Positions 40,652 to 50,168 of a DNA stretch of 52,485 nt are shown here, one piece after another. The stretch lies in the NCBI GenBank assembly GCA_035540515.1, contig DATLGM010000286.1:1-52485 (forward strand). The letters run 5' to 3'. This DNA comes from Egibacteraceae bacterium. Lineage in GTDB: Bacteria > Actinomycetota > Nitriliruptoria > Euzebyales > Egibacteraceae. The notes beneath the pieces were generated by a model. It had not been told where the DNA came from and did not search any database. It saw nothing but the letters and a program-made list of their open reading frames with translations. The position numbers and the translations under genes are program-made. Each line of letters starts with the position of its first letter. Within the stretch, counting starts at the first letter, position 1.

Positions 40652-40753
40652 ATGACAGCCGCAGATCTTCTTCGCCACGTGTTCCCCTGGGAGGTCACCA
40701 CCGGGGTGGAACGTGTGGAGGCCGCACAGCCCGAGGACGACGGGGAGTCGTAA
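40652..40753 (+). CDS. unannotated 33-codon ORF (MTAADLLRHVFPWEVTTGVERVEAAQPEDDGES), candidate small protein or precursor peptide
   Basis: Perfect AAGGAGG (40639-40645) lies 6 nt before ATG 40652; TAA stop at 40751-40753. Below the ORF-track size cutoff. Third-position G/C bias is only moderate, so coding status is unproven. Confidence 0.35.
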   Translation: MTAADLLRHVFPWEVTTGVERVEAAQPEDDGES

Positions 40754-40780
40754 GGGCCTGGCTATGAACAGCGATCGACG

Positions 40781-41968
40781 GTGAGCGCGTCATCGCTGTC
40801 GCTGCCGGCATGGCGTCGGTACGCCGCTGCCGCCTTGCGGTTCTCGCGGTCCCCGTGGGTGTGGACACCGGCGGCGGTCGGCACTGCTGGGGTCGCGACC
40901 GCCAGCGTCGCGTTGAGCCGGGCGCTCACCGCACCGCCGTCATCACTGCGCAACCGGCTACCGATCTCCACGTTGCGGCTGTCAGCGCCGCGGCGGGGCC
41001 TGGTGCGTGTGACAGGACCGGCTGCGGGGGTGCCGTCGCGCTGGGGCGTGGAGTACCCGGGTGGGTTCGGCGAGGTGGGTCCCGTCCGCCACGGCGATCT
41101 CGACGAGGCCGTGCGACCGTTCCGGCTGCTCGCGGGTGATCCGCCGGCGGACGGGGTGGCAGGGCACTTCACCGCCGCGGTGTGGCCCAACCGGGAGGTG
41201 TTCACCGCCGACACCGGCATCGTCGGGTACGACCGGGTGATCGAGGGCGAGACCGGGCCGCTGCCGGCCTGGCTGTTCCCGGCCGGCGACGGGGTGCGCT
41301 GGGCGATCCTCGTCCACGGCCGCGGCGCCCACCGTGCGCAGATGCTCCGCCTGGTGCCGACGTTGCACCGCGCAGGCATCACGTCGCTCGTCATCAGCTA
41401 CCGCAACGACTTCCCGACGTGCTCGGACCCCTCCGGGCGCATGCACCTGGGCCACCGCGAGTGGCGTGACCTGGAAGCTGCTGCGGCGCGGGCGTGGCAC
41501 GACGGCGCGCGTGCACTCGTCCTCGGCGGCATGAGCATGGGTGGCGCGCTCATCGCCGCCTTCATGCGCCGCTCGGCCCTGGCGTCGAAGGTCGTCGGCT
41601 GTGTCTTCGATGCGCCGGCGCTGAACTACGGACCCATCCTGCGGCACATGGCGCGGCAACGGAGAATCCCCGGGTGGCTGGTGCCGCCGGTGATGACGGC
41701 CGCCGGCTGGCAGGCGCGGATCGACTGGGCGGCGCTGAACCACCTGCACGGGGGAGAACCACTGGCGATCCCGGTCCTGCTGGTCCACGGCGACCGTGAC
41801 CTGGTGGTGCCCGTCGAGATCTCCGACGCCTACGCGGAGGCAGCCCCCGGAGCCGTCAGCTACCTGCGGGTGGCCGGCGCCGGGCACGTGTCGGCCTGGA
41901 ACAGCGCACCCGAGCGGTACGACGGCGCCCTGGCTGCATTCCTCGAAGCCAACGGGCTGAGCGGCTGA
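40781..41968 (+). CDS. membrane-anchored alpha/beta hydrolase
   Basis: N-terminal hydrophobic segment, VHGRGAHR (oxyanion region), nucleophile elbow GGMSMGGA, and a late HGDRD/GAGH pattern for the acid and His. Confidence 0.8.
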   Translation: MSASSLSLPAWRRYAAAALRFSRSPWVWTPAAVGTAGVATASVALSRALTAPPSSLRNRLPISTLRLSAPRRGLVRVTGPAAGVPSRWGVEYPGGFGEVGPVRHGDLDEAVRPFRLLAGDPPADGVAGHFTAAVWPNREVFTADTGIVGYDRVIEGETGPLPAWLFPAGDGVRWAILVHGRGAHRAQMLRLVPTLHRAGITSLVISYRNDFPTCSDPSGRMHLGHREWRDLEAAAARAWHDGARALVLGGMSMGGALIAAFMRRSALASKVVGCVFDAPALNYGPILRHMARQRRIPGWLVPPVMTAAGWQARIDWAALNHLHGGEPLAIPVLLVHGDRDLVVPVEISDAYAEAAPGAVSYLRVAGAGHVSAWNSAPERYDGALAAFLEANGLSG

Positions 41969-42011
41969 CCGCGGTCTACCCTGCCTCGGCGTCGACGGCG
42001 AAGGAACGGGC

Positions 42012-42662
42012 GTGACGACAGCGGCAGCGGTGTTGCTCGCGGTCGCGGCGGTGGCCGCGGTCGTCGACTGGTACGCCGTGGCCCGCGACCGCCGCCGCAT
42101 CGAGTACGTCTGCAAGCCGCTGGTCATGGTCGCGCTCATCGGTGTCGCCCTGACGCTGGAGCCGGCCAACCCCGCCAGGCGGGCTTGGTTCGTCGCTGCC
42201 GGGGTGTTCTCCCTGGGCGGCGACGTCCTGCTGATGCTGCCGCGGGACCGGTTCATCGCGGGTCTGGCCAGCTTCCTGGTCGCCCACCTCTGCTACGTCG
42301 CCGGTTTCGCCACCGAACCGCTGACGGCAGCGGGTGCTGCCGCCGGCGCGGTGGTGATGGTGCTCGCGCTCGCGCTTTACGCTCGGCCGCTGCTGCGCGC
42401 CGTGCGCCGCACCGCCCGCGAGGTGGCCGTTCCGCTGTACGGCTACATCGCCGCGATCGGTGTCATGGTCGTGCTGGCGCTCGGCTCAGCACTGCCCCTG
42501 GCGGCGGCAGGAGCGCTGCTGTTCGCGGTGAGCGACGCGACGCTGGCGTGGTCGCGGTTCGTGCAGTCGTGGTCGTGGGCCCGCGTCGCGGTGATGGTGA
42601 CGTACCAGCTGGGGCAGGCCGCCCTGGTGCTGTCCCTGCTGGACCGCGCCGCGCCCGGCTGA
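42012..42662 (+). CDS. YhhN-family membrane protein (lysoplasmalogenase-like)
   Basis: About 216 aa, all-TM. The CKPLVMVAL and GDVLLM motifs are characteristic of YhhN/TMEM86. Confidence 0.8.
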   Translation: MTTAAAVLLAVAAVAAVVDWYAVARDRRRIEYVCKPLVMVALIGVALTLEPANPARRAWFVAAGVFSLGGDVLLMLPRDRFIAGLASFLVAHLCYVAGFATEPLTAAGAAAGAVVMVLALALYARPLLRAVRRTAREVAVPLYGYIAAIGVMVVLALGSALPLAAAGALLFAVSDATLAWSRFVQSWSWARVAVMVTYQLGQAALVLSLLDRAAPG

Positions 42663-42664
42663 GC

Positions 42665-43462
42665 TCACCGGTCGGCTTGCAGCTCGAACCACACGAGCTT
42701 GCCGCTGTCCAGCGTGCTCGTCCCCCAGCGGTGCGCCAGCGCCTCCATCAGCTGCAGCCCGCGCCCCGTCGTCGCGTCCGCGCCGCTGCGCCGCATGATG
42801 AGGGCGCCGGGTCCCGTGTCGCCGACCTCGACGCGCAGCCGGCCATGGGTGCAGCGGACCGTCACGCCGACGTTCGTGCCGGCGTGGAGCACGGCGTTGG
42901 TGACCAGCTCGGTGGTCAGCAGCAACGCGGTGTCCGCCAGGGACTCGAGCTCCCAGTCGTCCAGACAGCCCATGACGAAGCGGCGTGCCTGGGAGCCGCT
43001 GCGCAGCTCCGCGGGCAGCTCGATGTGGGCGCGCGCATCGTGTGAGGGCGCCGGGCGGCGCTGCGGGTGCGCCTCGGCCAGCAGGGTGAGCAGCTCGTCG
43101 ACCAGGTCGTCGGGGCCGATGCCCTTGACCAGGTACCCCACCGCGCCGCGCTCGCGAGCGGTTGCGACGACGTCGTCGGCGTCCAGCCCGGACAGCACGA
43201 CGACGACGCCGTCGGGCGCCCTGGCCCGAATCATCGGCAGGGCTTCCAGCCCGTCGAGCACCGGCATGGACAGGTCCAGCAGCGTCAGGTCCGGCTGCTG
43301 CTGCGCGGCGACCCGTACCGCCTCCCGGCCATCGGCAGCGGTGCCGACGACGCGGAAGCGACCGCTGTTCTCCAGCGCGCGGCTGAGAAGGAAGCGCAGG
43401 TCGGCCACGTCGTCTGCGATGACGACGCGGTACAGGTCGGTCCTGGCGGCCGCTGCCACCAC
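42665..43462 (-). CDS. response-regulator receiver fused to an RsbW/SpoIIAB-type anti-sigma Ser/Thr kinase (HATPase_c_2) domain
   Basis: GTG 43462 has GAGGAGG 10 nt upstream. REC residues are intact (IADD, LLDLSMP phospho-Asp, VVVLSG, YLVKG). C-terminal ARRFV...W......D.ALLLTTELVTNAVLHA...LRVEVGD.GPG....GRGLQLMEALAHRWG...GKLVWFEL. Only this part of the 943-aa ORF is credible. Confidence 0.8.
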   Translation of the reverse strand: MVAAAARTDLYRVVIADDVADLRFLLSRALENSGRFRVVGTAADGREAVRVAAQQQPDLTLLDLSMPVLDGLEALPMIRARAPDGVVVVLSGLDADDVVATARERGAVGYLVKGIGPDDLVDELLTLLAEAHPQRRPAPSHDARAHIELPAELRSGSQARRFVMGCLDDWELESLADTALLLTTELVTNAVLHAGTNVGVTVRCTHGRLRVEVGDTGPGALIMRRSGADATTGRGLQLMEALAHRWGTSTLDSGKLVWFELQADR

Positions 43463-43657
43463 GCGTATGGATCCTCCTCGCACACCGGCTCCGTGCGTGA
43501 CTGCGTGGCACGGCCGGCGAGGCGAACACCCCGAACCGGGCGATCGGAGTGTCACCGGACAGCCCCCCCACCAACCGCGCCACCGCAGGCCATTTCGGAT
43601 ATGGCCCGAAAGAACTAGGCCGCACAACGGTGGCGTGAGGTCGTAGCCTTGCCCCGC

Positions 43658-45241
43658 ATGGCGGGCCGACCAGTCGTCATCGACGGCACACCACTGCGAC
43701 CCTCCGACGTCGTGGCGGTGGCCCGCGACGGCGCGCCGGTCACCGTCGCCCCGACGGTGGCGGCCCAGTTGGCCACCACCCGTGACGTCGTCGAGGCTGC
43801 GTTGACGTCGCACCGGGTGGTGTACGGCGTGACGACCGGCTTCGGTGCGCTGGCCGACACCATCGTCCCACCCGACCAGGCGGCCGAGCTGCAGCACGCG
43901 CTGGTGCGCAGCCATGCCGCAGGCATCGGACCGCTGGTCGGCGACGACGTGGTTCGCGCGATGACGGCGCTGCGCGCCCGCACGCTTGCCACCGGTCACA
44001 GCGGCGTGCGTGTCGACGTGGTGGAGGCGATGGCGGCGCTGCTCAACGCCGGCATCCGCGCCGCCGTTCCGTTGCACGGGTCGCTGGGCGCCAGCGGTGA
44101 CCTTGCGCCCATGGCGCACGTCGCCAGCGTGCTGACCGGAGAAGGGTGGGTCATCGGGGACGACGACGCCCCGGCTCCGGCAGCCCCGGCGCTGGCGCGC
44201 GCCGGGCTGCGACCGCTGGCGCTGTCGGTCAAAGAGGGGCTGGCGCTGCTCAACGCGACCGAGGGCATGCTCGCCACGCTGGTGCTTGCTTGCGAGGACC
44301 TCGCCGTGCTCGCCGACACCGCCGACGTGGTCTGCGCCATGTCGGTCGAAGCACTGCTCGGCACCGACCGGCCGTTCGCCGAGCGGCTGCAGCAGCTGCG
44401 CCCGCACCCGGGCCAGGGGCGCTCTGCGGCCAACCTGCGACTGCTGCTGGACGGCAGTGGCGTCCTGGCGTCGCACCGCCACAGCCGTCACGCGGTCCAG
44501 GACGCGTACTCGCTGCGCTGTGCGCCGCAGGTCCACGGGGCGGCCCGTGACGCCCTGTCGTGGGGGGCGCTGGTCCGCGACCGTGAGCTGGCGTCCGTCG
44601 TGGACAACCCGGTGGTCTTCGCCGACGGGTCGGTCGAGTCGACCGGCAACTTCCACGGCGAGCCGGTCGCGTTCGCGCTGGACCTCCTGGCGCTGGCCGC
44701 CGCGGAGATCGGCGCGATCAGCGAGCGGCGCACCGACCGGCTGCTGGACCCTGCGCGCTCCCACGGGCTGGCGCCGTTTTTGGCCCCGGAGGCAGGACTG
44801 AACTCCGGATTCATGCTTGGGCAGTACACCGCCGCATCGCTGGTCGCCGAGAACCGCCGGCTCGCCGTCCCCGCGAGCGCTGACTCGATCCCGACCTCGG
44901 GCATGCAGGAGGATCACGTGTCGATGGGGTGGTCCGCCGGGATGAAGCTGCGCACTGCGATCGGCAACCTGCAGGCGATCCTGGGCATCGAGGCGCTGGT
45001 GGCCGCCGCCGGGCTCGAGCAGCGCCTGGACCTGCTGTCCGAGCAGGACAGTGGCATCGCCGCGGCGCCGGCGACGCGCCGGGTGCTCGACCGGATCCGC
45101 ACGACGGTGGAGCCCATGCGGACCGACCGGTTCCTGGCCGCTGACATCGCGGCGGTCCGCGACCTGGTGCGCGCCGGCGCCCTCGTCGAGGCCGCCGGGA
45201 TCTCGCGAACGGTGCCGGGAGGCGACCCGGGAGAGGAGTGA
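43658..45241 (+). CDS. hutH: histidine ammonia-lyase
   Basis: MIO-forming [30 protein letters not shown] 43658 (TTG 43649 alternative). Confidence 0.95.
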   Translation: MAGRPVVIDGTPLRPSDVVAVARDGAPVTVAPTVAAQLATTRDVVEAALTSHRVVYGVTTGFGALADTIVPPDQAAELQHALVRSHAAGIGPLVGDDVVRAMTALRARTLATGHSGVRVDVVEAMAALLNAGIRAAVPLHGSLGASGDLAPMAHVASVLTGEGWVIGDDDAPAPAAPALARAGLRPLALSVKEGLALLNATEGMLATLVLACEDLAVLADTADVVCAMSVEALLGTDRPFAERLQQLRPHPGQGRSAANLRLLLDGSGVLASHRHSRHAVQDAYSLRCAPQVHGAARDALSWGALVRDRELASVVDNPVVFADGSVESTGNFHGEPVAFALDLLALAAAEIGAISERRTDRLLDPARSHGLAPFLAPEAGLNSGFMLGQYTAASLVAENRRLAVPASADSIPTSGMQEDHVSMGWSAGMKLRTAIGNLQAILGIEALVAAAGLEQRLDLLSEQDSGIAAAPATRRVLDRIRTTVEPMRTDRFLAADIAAVRDLVRAGALVEAAGISRTVPGGDPGEE

Positions 45242-45245
45242 CGCC

Positions 45246-46877
45246 ATGGAGTGTCGAGGGTGGCTGCAGGAGGCGGCACTGCGCTGTCTGCGCAACAACC
45301 TGCATCCGGACGTGGCCGAACGCCCGGAGGAGCTCGTGGTGTACGGCGGCAGCGGCAAAGCCGCGCGGGACCCGCAGGCGCTCGCGGCGATCGAGCGGAC
45401 GTTGACCACCCTCGCCGACGACGAGACGCTGCTGGTCCAGTCAGGCAAACCCGTCGGGGTGTTCCGCACGTTTGCCCACGCCCCGCGGGTGCTCATCGCG
45501 AACTCGCTGCTCGTGCCCGACTGGGCGGACTGGGAGCACTTCTGGGAGCTCGAGGCGGCCGGGCTAACGATGTACGGCCAGATGACCGCTGGCAGCTGGA
45601 TCTACATCGGCACGCAGGGGATCCTGCAGGGCACCTACCAGACGTTCGCCGCGGTGGGCGAGCAGCGCTTCGGCGGCACCCTGGCCGGACGTCTGGTCCT
45701 CACCGGAGGGCTCGGCGGGATGGGTGGCGCCCAGCCGCTGGCCGTCACCATGAACGGCGGTGTCGCACTGTGCGTCGAAGTCGACCCGGCTCGCGCCCAC
45801 CGGCGTGTCCAGACGCGCTACCTCGACGAGGTCACCGACGACCTCGACGCCGCGCTGGCGATGACCGCCCAGGCGATCGCCGAGCGGCGAGCGCTCTCGG
45901 TGGGCCTGATCGCCAATGCCGCCGAGGCCTTCCCACAGATCCTCGACCGCGGGGTCCCCGTCGACGTGGTCACCGACCAGACGTCCGCCCACGACCCGCT
46001 CAACGGGTACGTCCCGGCCGGGCTGACCCTGGACGAGGCGGTGGCGCTGCGCCGGTCCAAACCCGCCGAGTACGTCGAGCGCGCCCGCGCGTCGATGGCC
46101 CGGCACTGCGAGGCGATGGTCGGCTTCCAGCGCGCCGGCGCCGAGGTGTTCGACTACGGCAACAACCTCCGCGGCGAGGCCCGCTTGGGCGGGTTCGCTG
46201 ACGCGTTCGCCTACCCCGGTTTTGTGCCGGCGTACCTGCGACCGTTGTTCTGCGAGGGAAAAGGGCCGTTTCGGTGGGTCGCCCTGTCCGGCGACCCAGC
46301 GGACATCGCCGCCACGGACCGAGCCGTCGGTGCGGCGTTTCCCGACGACGCCGCGTTGCAGCGCTGGTTGCGGCTGGCCCAGGAACGGGTGGCGTTCCAG
46401 GGGCTTCCCGCCCGCATCTGCTGGCTGGGCTACGGCGAGCGGGCCGAGGCCGGTGCCCGGTTCAACGACCTCGTCGCCTCGGGTGCGGTGCAGGCACCGA
46501 TCGTCATCGGCCGTGACCACCTGGACTCTGGGTCGGTCGCATCGCCGTACCGCGAGACCGAGGCCATGGCCGACGGCAGTGACGCGATCGCGGACTGGCC
46601 GATCCTCAACGCCATGCTGAACGTGGCGTCCGGAGCCGCGTGGGTGGCGGTCCACCACGGCGGTGGGGTAGGGATGGGCAAGTCGATCCACGCGGGCGCC
46701 CAGGTGGTGGCTGACGGCACCGCCGACGCAGCCGAGCGGCTCGACCGGGTGCTGACCAACGACCCGGGCACGGGGGTGATGCGGCACGCCGACGCCGGCT
46801 ACGACCGGGCCGTGGAGGTCGCCGCGGAACGGGGGGTCACCATCCCGATGCGACGGGACGACGAACCGTGCTCCTGA
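45246..46877 (+). CDS. hutU: urocanate hydratase
   Basis: ATG 45246 lies 5 nt after the hutH stop. [62 protein letters not shown]. Confidence 0.95.
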   Translation: MECRGWLQEAALRCLRNNLHPDVAERPEELVVYGGSGKAARDPQALAAIERTLTTLADDETLLVQSGKPVGVFRTFAHAPRVLIANSLLVPDWADWEHFWELEAAGLTMYGQMTAGSWIYIGTQGILQGTYQTFAAVGEQRFGGTLAGRLVLTGGLGGMGGAQPLAVTMNGGVALCVEVDPARAHRRVQTRYLDEVTDDLDAALAMTAQAIAERRALSVGLIANAAEAFPQILDRGVPVDVVTDQTSAHDPLNGYVPAGLTLDEAVALRRSKPAEYVERARASMARHCEAMVGFQRAGAEVFDYGNNLRGEARLGGFADAFAYPGFVPAYLRPLFCEGKGPFRWVALSGDPADIAATDRAVGAAFPDDAALQRWLRLAQERVAFQGLPARICWLGYGERAEAGARFNDLVASGAVQAPIVIGRDHLDSGSVASPYRETEAMADGSDAIADWPILNAMLNVASGAAWVAVHHGGGVGMGKSIHAGAQVVADGTADAAERLDRVLTNDPGTGVMRHADAGYDRAVEVAAERGVTIPMRRDDEPCS

Positions 46878-48070
46878 CGGGCATCGGCCGGCTGATCACC
46901 AACGACCCCGAGCTCGGCGACGGCGCGTTGGGCGTCATCGAGGATGCCGCCCTGGTCGTCGACGGCGGCCGGGTCGCCTGGGTCGGTCGGCGGCAGGCGA
47001 CACCGCAGGCGGCCGGCGACGGGCGGGTCGACGTCGGCGGGGCGTGCGTCGTCCCCGGGTTCGTCGACGCGCACACCCACCTGGTGTTCGCGGGGGACCG
47101 CGCCGGGGAGTTCGCCCGCCGTCTGACCGGCGAGCCCTACGACGGTGGCGGTATCCGCGACACGGTGCGGGCAACGCGTGCGGCGTCGGACGACGAGCTC
47201 TCGGCGGCGGCCGCTCGGCTGGCGCGGGAGGCCCTGCGGTCGGGCACCACCACGATGGAGGTCAAGTCCGGCTATGGCCTCACCACCGTCGATGAGCGCC
47301 GGCTGTTGCACATCGCTACGCGGCTGCAGCGCGGAGGTCTGCCCGCGGTGCATCCCACCTTCCTCGGTGCCCACGTGGTGCCCGGGGAGTACGAGGGCCG
47401 CACGGCTGAGTACACCGAGCTGGTCGCCACCGAGATGCTCGACGCCTGCGCCGGCGCGGCGCGGTGGTGCGACGTGTTCTGCGAGCCGTCGGTGTTCGAC
47501 GCGCCGCACGCGCGGCGAGTCCTGGAGGCTGGACGAGCCGCGGGGCTGGGGCTGCGGCTGCACGCCAACCAGTTGGAACCTGGACCGGGCGCCCAGCTCG
47601 CTGCCGAGCTCGGCGCGGTCTCCGCGGACCACCTGACGCACCTCGACGACACTGACATCGATGCGCTCGCAGGGGCGGGGGTCGTGGCGACGCTGCTGCC
47701 AGCGGCCGAGTTCAGCACCCGCTCGCCGTACGCGCCCGCGCGGCAGCTGCTCGACGCCGGCATCACGGTAGCCCTGGCGACCGACTGCAACCCAGGGACG
47801 AGCTACACGACGAGCATGCCCTTCGTCATCGCGTTGGCGTGCCGGGAGATGCGCCTGTCGCCAGACGAGGCCTTGTGGGCGGCCACCCGCGGGGGCGCGG
47901 CGTCGCTGGCCGTGAACGACATCGGGCACCTCGGGGTCGGGGCCTCGGCGGACCTGGTCGTGCTCGACGCACCGGACCACATCCACCTGGCGTACCGGCC
48001 GGGCGTGAGCTTGGTGTCGCGGGTCATCCGGGCCGGGGTCATCGTGCACGACAATGACCAGCATGGATGA
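46868..48070 (+). CDS. hutI: imidazolonepropionase
   Basis: [13 protein letters not shown] metal site, [13 protein letters not shown]-like [15 protein letters not shown]. Overlaps the hutU end. Confidence 0.9.
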   Translation: MLLTGIGRLITNDPELGDGALGVIEDAALVVDGGRVAWVGRRQATPQAAGDGRVDVGGACVVPGFVDAHTHLVFAGDRAGEFARRLTGEPYDGGGIRDTVRATRAASDDELSAAAARLAREALRSGTTTMEVKSGYGLTTVDERRLLHIATRLQRGGLPAVHPTFLGAHVVPGEYEGRTAEYTELVATEMLDACAGAARWCDVFCEPSVFDAPHARRVLEAGRAAGLGLRLHANQLEPGPGAQLAAELGAVSADHLTHLDDTDIDALAGAGVVATLLPAAEFSTRSPYAPARQLLDAGITVALATDCNPGTSYTTSMPFVIALACREMRLSPDEALWAATRGGAASLAVNDIGHLGVGASADLVVLDAPDHIHLAYRPGVSLVSRVIRAGVIVHDNDQHG

Positions 48071-49013
48071 CCCGCTGTGGCCCAGGGCGTCCGCGTGGCT
48101 GGCGGGTGAGCTGGGCCCGCCGCCCGGGGGTGCCCCGCTGCTCGCCGTGCTGGGGGCGCCGCTGTCACAGGCGTCGATCTCGCCGTCGCAGGCCCACCGC
48201 ACGCCGGCGGCGGTAAGGGCGGCGCTGCATCGCTACTCGATCCTTGCCGCCCTGCCTTCGGACACCGTCGACCTGCGTGCGGTGGAGGTGGCGGACCTCG
48301 GTGACCTCGACCTCGCGGAGCTGGCCAACGACGACGCCCAGTTGCTCGTCGAGGCAGCCGTCGCCGAGCTGGAGGACGCGCCGGCGTTGCGCCGCCCGGC
48401 AGACCTCCTGGTGCTCCTCGGCGGCGACAACGCGATCACCCGCCCCGCCATGCGTGCCGCGATGCCATTGACGTCGGCCGGCCTGCTCACCCTCGACGCG
48501 CACCACGACGTCCGCGACTTTCATGCCGGGCGGTCCAACGGCACCCCCGTCCGCGGCCTGATCGACGACGGGTTGCCGGGCGGCAACGTCGTCCAGGTCG
48601 GCATCGGCATGTTCACCAACGCCCCGGACTACCGTCGCTACTGCGACGAGCAGGGGGTGACTGTGGTGACCGCTGCGCAGGCACGGCGCGCCGAGGTAGG
48701 CGCCACCGTGCAGGAACACCTGGGACTCCTCGGGCGGCGGTGCGCCGAGATCTACGTCGACCTGGACGTCGACGTCGTCGACGCCGCGTTCGTGCCCGGC
48801 TGCCCGGGTGCGCGGCCCGGTGGGATCGCCCCGTACGAGCTGGTCGAGGCGGCGTTCGCTGCCGGCGCACATCCGGGGGTTACGGTCATCGACCTCGTCG
48901 AAGTGGACGCCGCCGCCGATCCGGACGGCATCACGGTCGACCTCACGGCCCAGTGCCTTTTGGCCGCGGCCGCGGGGTTGGCGCTGCGGGGCAACGCGGT
49001 GAACACCGAGTGA
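48054..49013 (+). CDS. hutG: formimidoylglutamase (arginase-fold ureohydrolase)
   Basis: Mn-binding motifs LDAHHDVRD, GGDNAIT and DLDVDVVDAAFVPG. Overlaps hutI. Alternative start ATG 48063. Confidence 0.85.
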   Translation: MTSMDDPLWPRASAWLAGELGPPPGGAPLLAVLGAPLSQASISPSQAHRTPAAVRAALHRYSILAALPSDTVDLRAVEVADLGDLDLAELANDDAQLLVEAAVAELEDAPALRRPADLLVLLGGDNAITRPAMRAAMPLTSAGLLTLDAHHDVRDFHAGRSNGTPVRGLIDDGLPGGNVVQVGIGMFTNAPDYRRYCDEQGVTVVTAAQARRAEVGATVQEHLGLLGRRCAEIYVDLDVDVVDAAFVPGCPGARPGGIAPYELVEAAFAAGAHPGVTVIDLVEVDAAADPDGITVDLTAQCLLAAAAGLALRGNAVNTE

Positions 49014-49091
49014 ACGGCACAAACCCTTGGCAGAGCGCCGCCGAGGTGGTCCACTGGCGGTGCCCGGGCGGGGGCACGGAAGGGGGGCGGA

Positions 49092-50168
49092 GTGAGCAGC
49101 CGGCAGGACACGCTGGGGCTGCAGGTCGGCACGAACAGCACCACCACTGAGCGCGACGTGACGGCAGGCGCGCCATCGCGGTCGGGCACCGTGCGCCGGG
49201 TGCTGGTAGCGGCGTCGCTGGTGCTGGTCGCTTGGGTCGCGTGGCGGGCGTGGCCGGAGATCACCGCGGCGTTCGACGTCATGCGGACCATCCGGCCCAG
49301 CGTCCTGCTGTTCGCCCTGCTGCTGGAGGTCGGCGCGGTCGCCTGCCTGGCGCAGGTGTACCGCAGGACCCTCAACGCGGTCGGCACGTCGGTGGGGTAC
49401 GCGCAGGGACTGCAAGTGTCGATGGGCGCCTTCACGCTCAGCCGCGTGCTGCCCGGCGGGGGAGCGGCGGGTGCGATCTGGGCGGCTCGCCGTCTTCGGG
49501 GGTTCGGCGTCCCGTGGGCGAAGGCCGGCACCGGTGTGGTCATCGAGGGCCTGTTGGCGATGGCCACCCTGGGTGCCATCGTCACGGCGGGAGCGATCGG
49601 TGCGCTGTTCCGCGGGCACGTGACCGCCCGCAGCGTCGTTGCCGCCTGCGTGATCGCCGCCGTGTTCGCGGCGCTGGGGTGGGCCACGGCGGCCCTGGTC
49701 CGGTCCGCCAGCGCGCGGGGCGCGTTGTTCGCGTTCATCGAACGCGTGGTGCCGCGCGCCAAAGACCGAGTCGTGGGGTGGCGGGCCGCGCTGGACGAGC
49801 TGGCGCTGACGATGCCGCCGTCACGGTTGATGCTCCCCGTGGTCGGTTGGTCGGCGGTCAACTGGGGGCTGGACATCGCCGCGCTGTGGGTCGTGTTCGC
49901 AGGCCTCGGCCTGCACATGGAGCTGGGTGTGCTGATCCTTGGGTTCGGGGTGGCCAACCTCGTGACCGCTTTGCCGCACACCCCCGGCGGGTTGGGGCTG
50001 GTCGAGGCCGGCATGACCGGGACGTATGTGGCGTTGGGGATCGACACCTCGGTGGCGCTCGCGGCGGTGCTGGCCTATCGGCTGATCTCTTTTTGGATTC
50101 CGGTGCTCCTGGGAGTGCCGCAGTACCTACGTCCGCCGGTCGGGGCGGGGACAGGAGGGGTGACGTGA
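49092..50168 (+). CDS. flippase-like membrane protein (lysyl-phosphatidylglycerol-synthase TM-region family, UPF0104)
   Basis: About 8 TM helices and the hallmark LPHTPGGLGLVEAG loop. Confidence 0.7.
   Translation: MSSRQDTLGLQVGTNSTTTERDVTAGAPSRSGTVRRVLVAASLVLVAWVAWRAWPEITAAFDVMRTIRPSVLLFALLLEVGAVACLAQVYRRTLNAVGTSVGYAQGLQVSMGAFTLSRVLPGGGAAGAIWAARRLRGFGVPWAKAGTGVVIEGLLAMATLGAIVTAGAIGALFRGHVTARSVVAACVIAAVFAALGWATAALVRSASARGALFAFIERVVPRAKDRVVGWRAALDELALTMPPSRLMLPVVGWSAVNWGLDIAALWVVFAGLGLHMELGVLILGFGVANLVTALPHTPGGLGLVEAGMTGTYVALGIDTSVALAAVLAYRLISFWIPVLLGVPQYLRPPVGAGTGGVT

Noticed and set aside
37658-40678. 1006-aa minus-strand ORF
   Set aside because: Antisense to the esterase, ATP-grasp and ACT genes, which carry recognisable catalytic motifs and proper ribosome-binding sites. 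The product is low-complexity and motif-free.
40652-40753. Lasso-peptide precursor reading of the 33-aa ORF (Thr at -2 before a Gly)
   Set aside because: With G18 as core residue 1, the acidic residue needed at core positions 7-9 is missing (A-A-Q). No Asn-synthetase-like cyclase or transglutaminase-like protease is nearby.
45181-45300. Possible frameshift or truncation at the hutH-hutU junction (hutU lacks the usual N-terminal ..RAPRGxxL.. segment and starts at MECRGW)
   Set aside because: None of the three frames upstream of ATG 45246 encodes the missing segment, and the upstream sequence is the intact hutH C-terminus. This is most simply a naturally short N-terminus, so it is noted but not called a pseudogene.
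43463-45496. Upstream two-thirds of the 943-aa minus-strand ORF
   Set aside because: It is antisense to hutH, which has the ASG/MIO motif. The receiver domain begins right after GTG 43462, which has a GAGGAGG site, so the real gene is 42665-43462 only.
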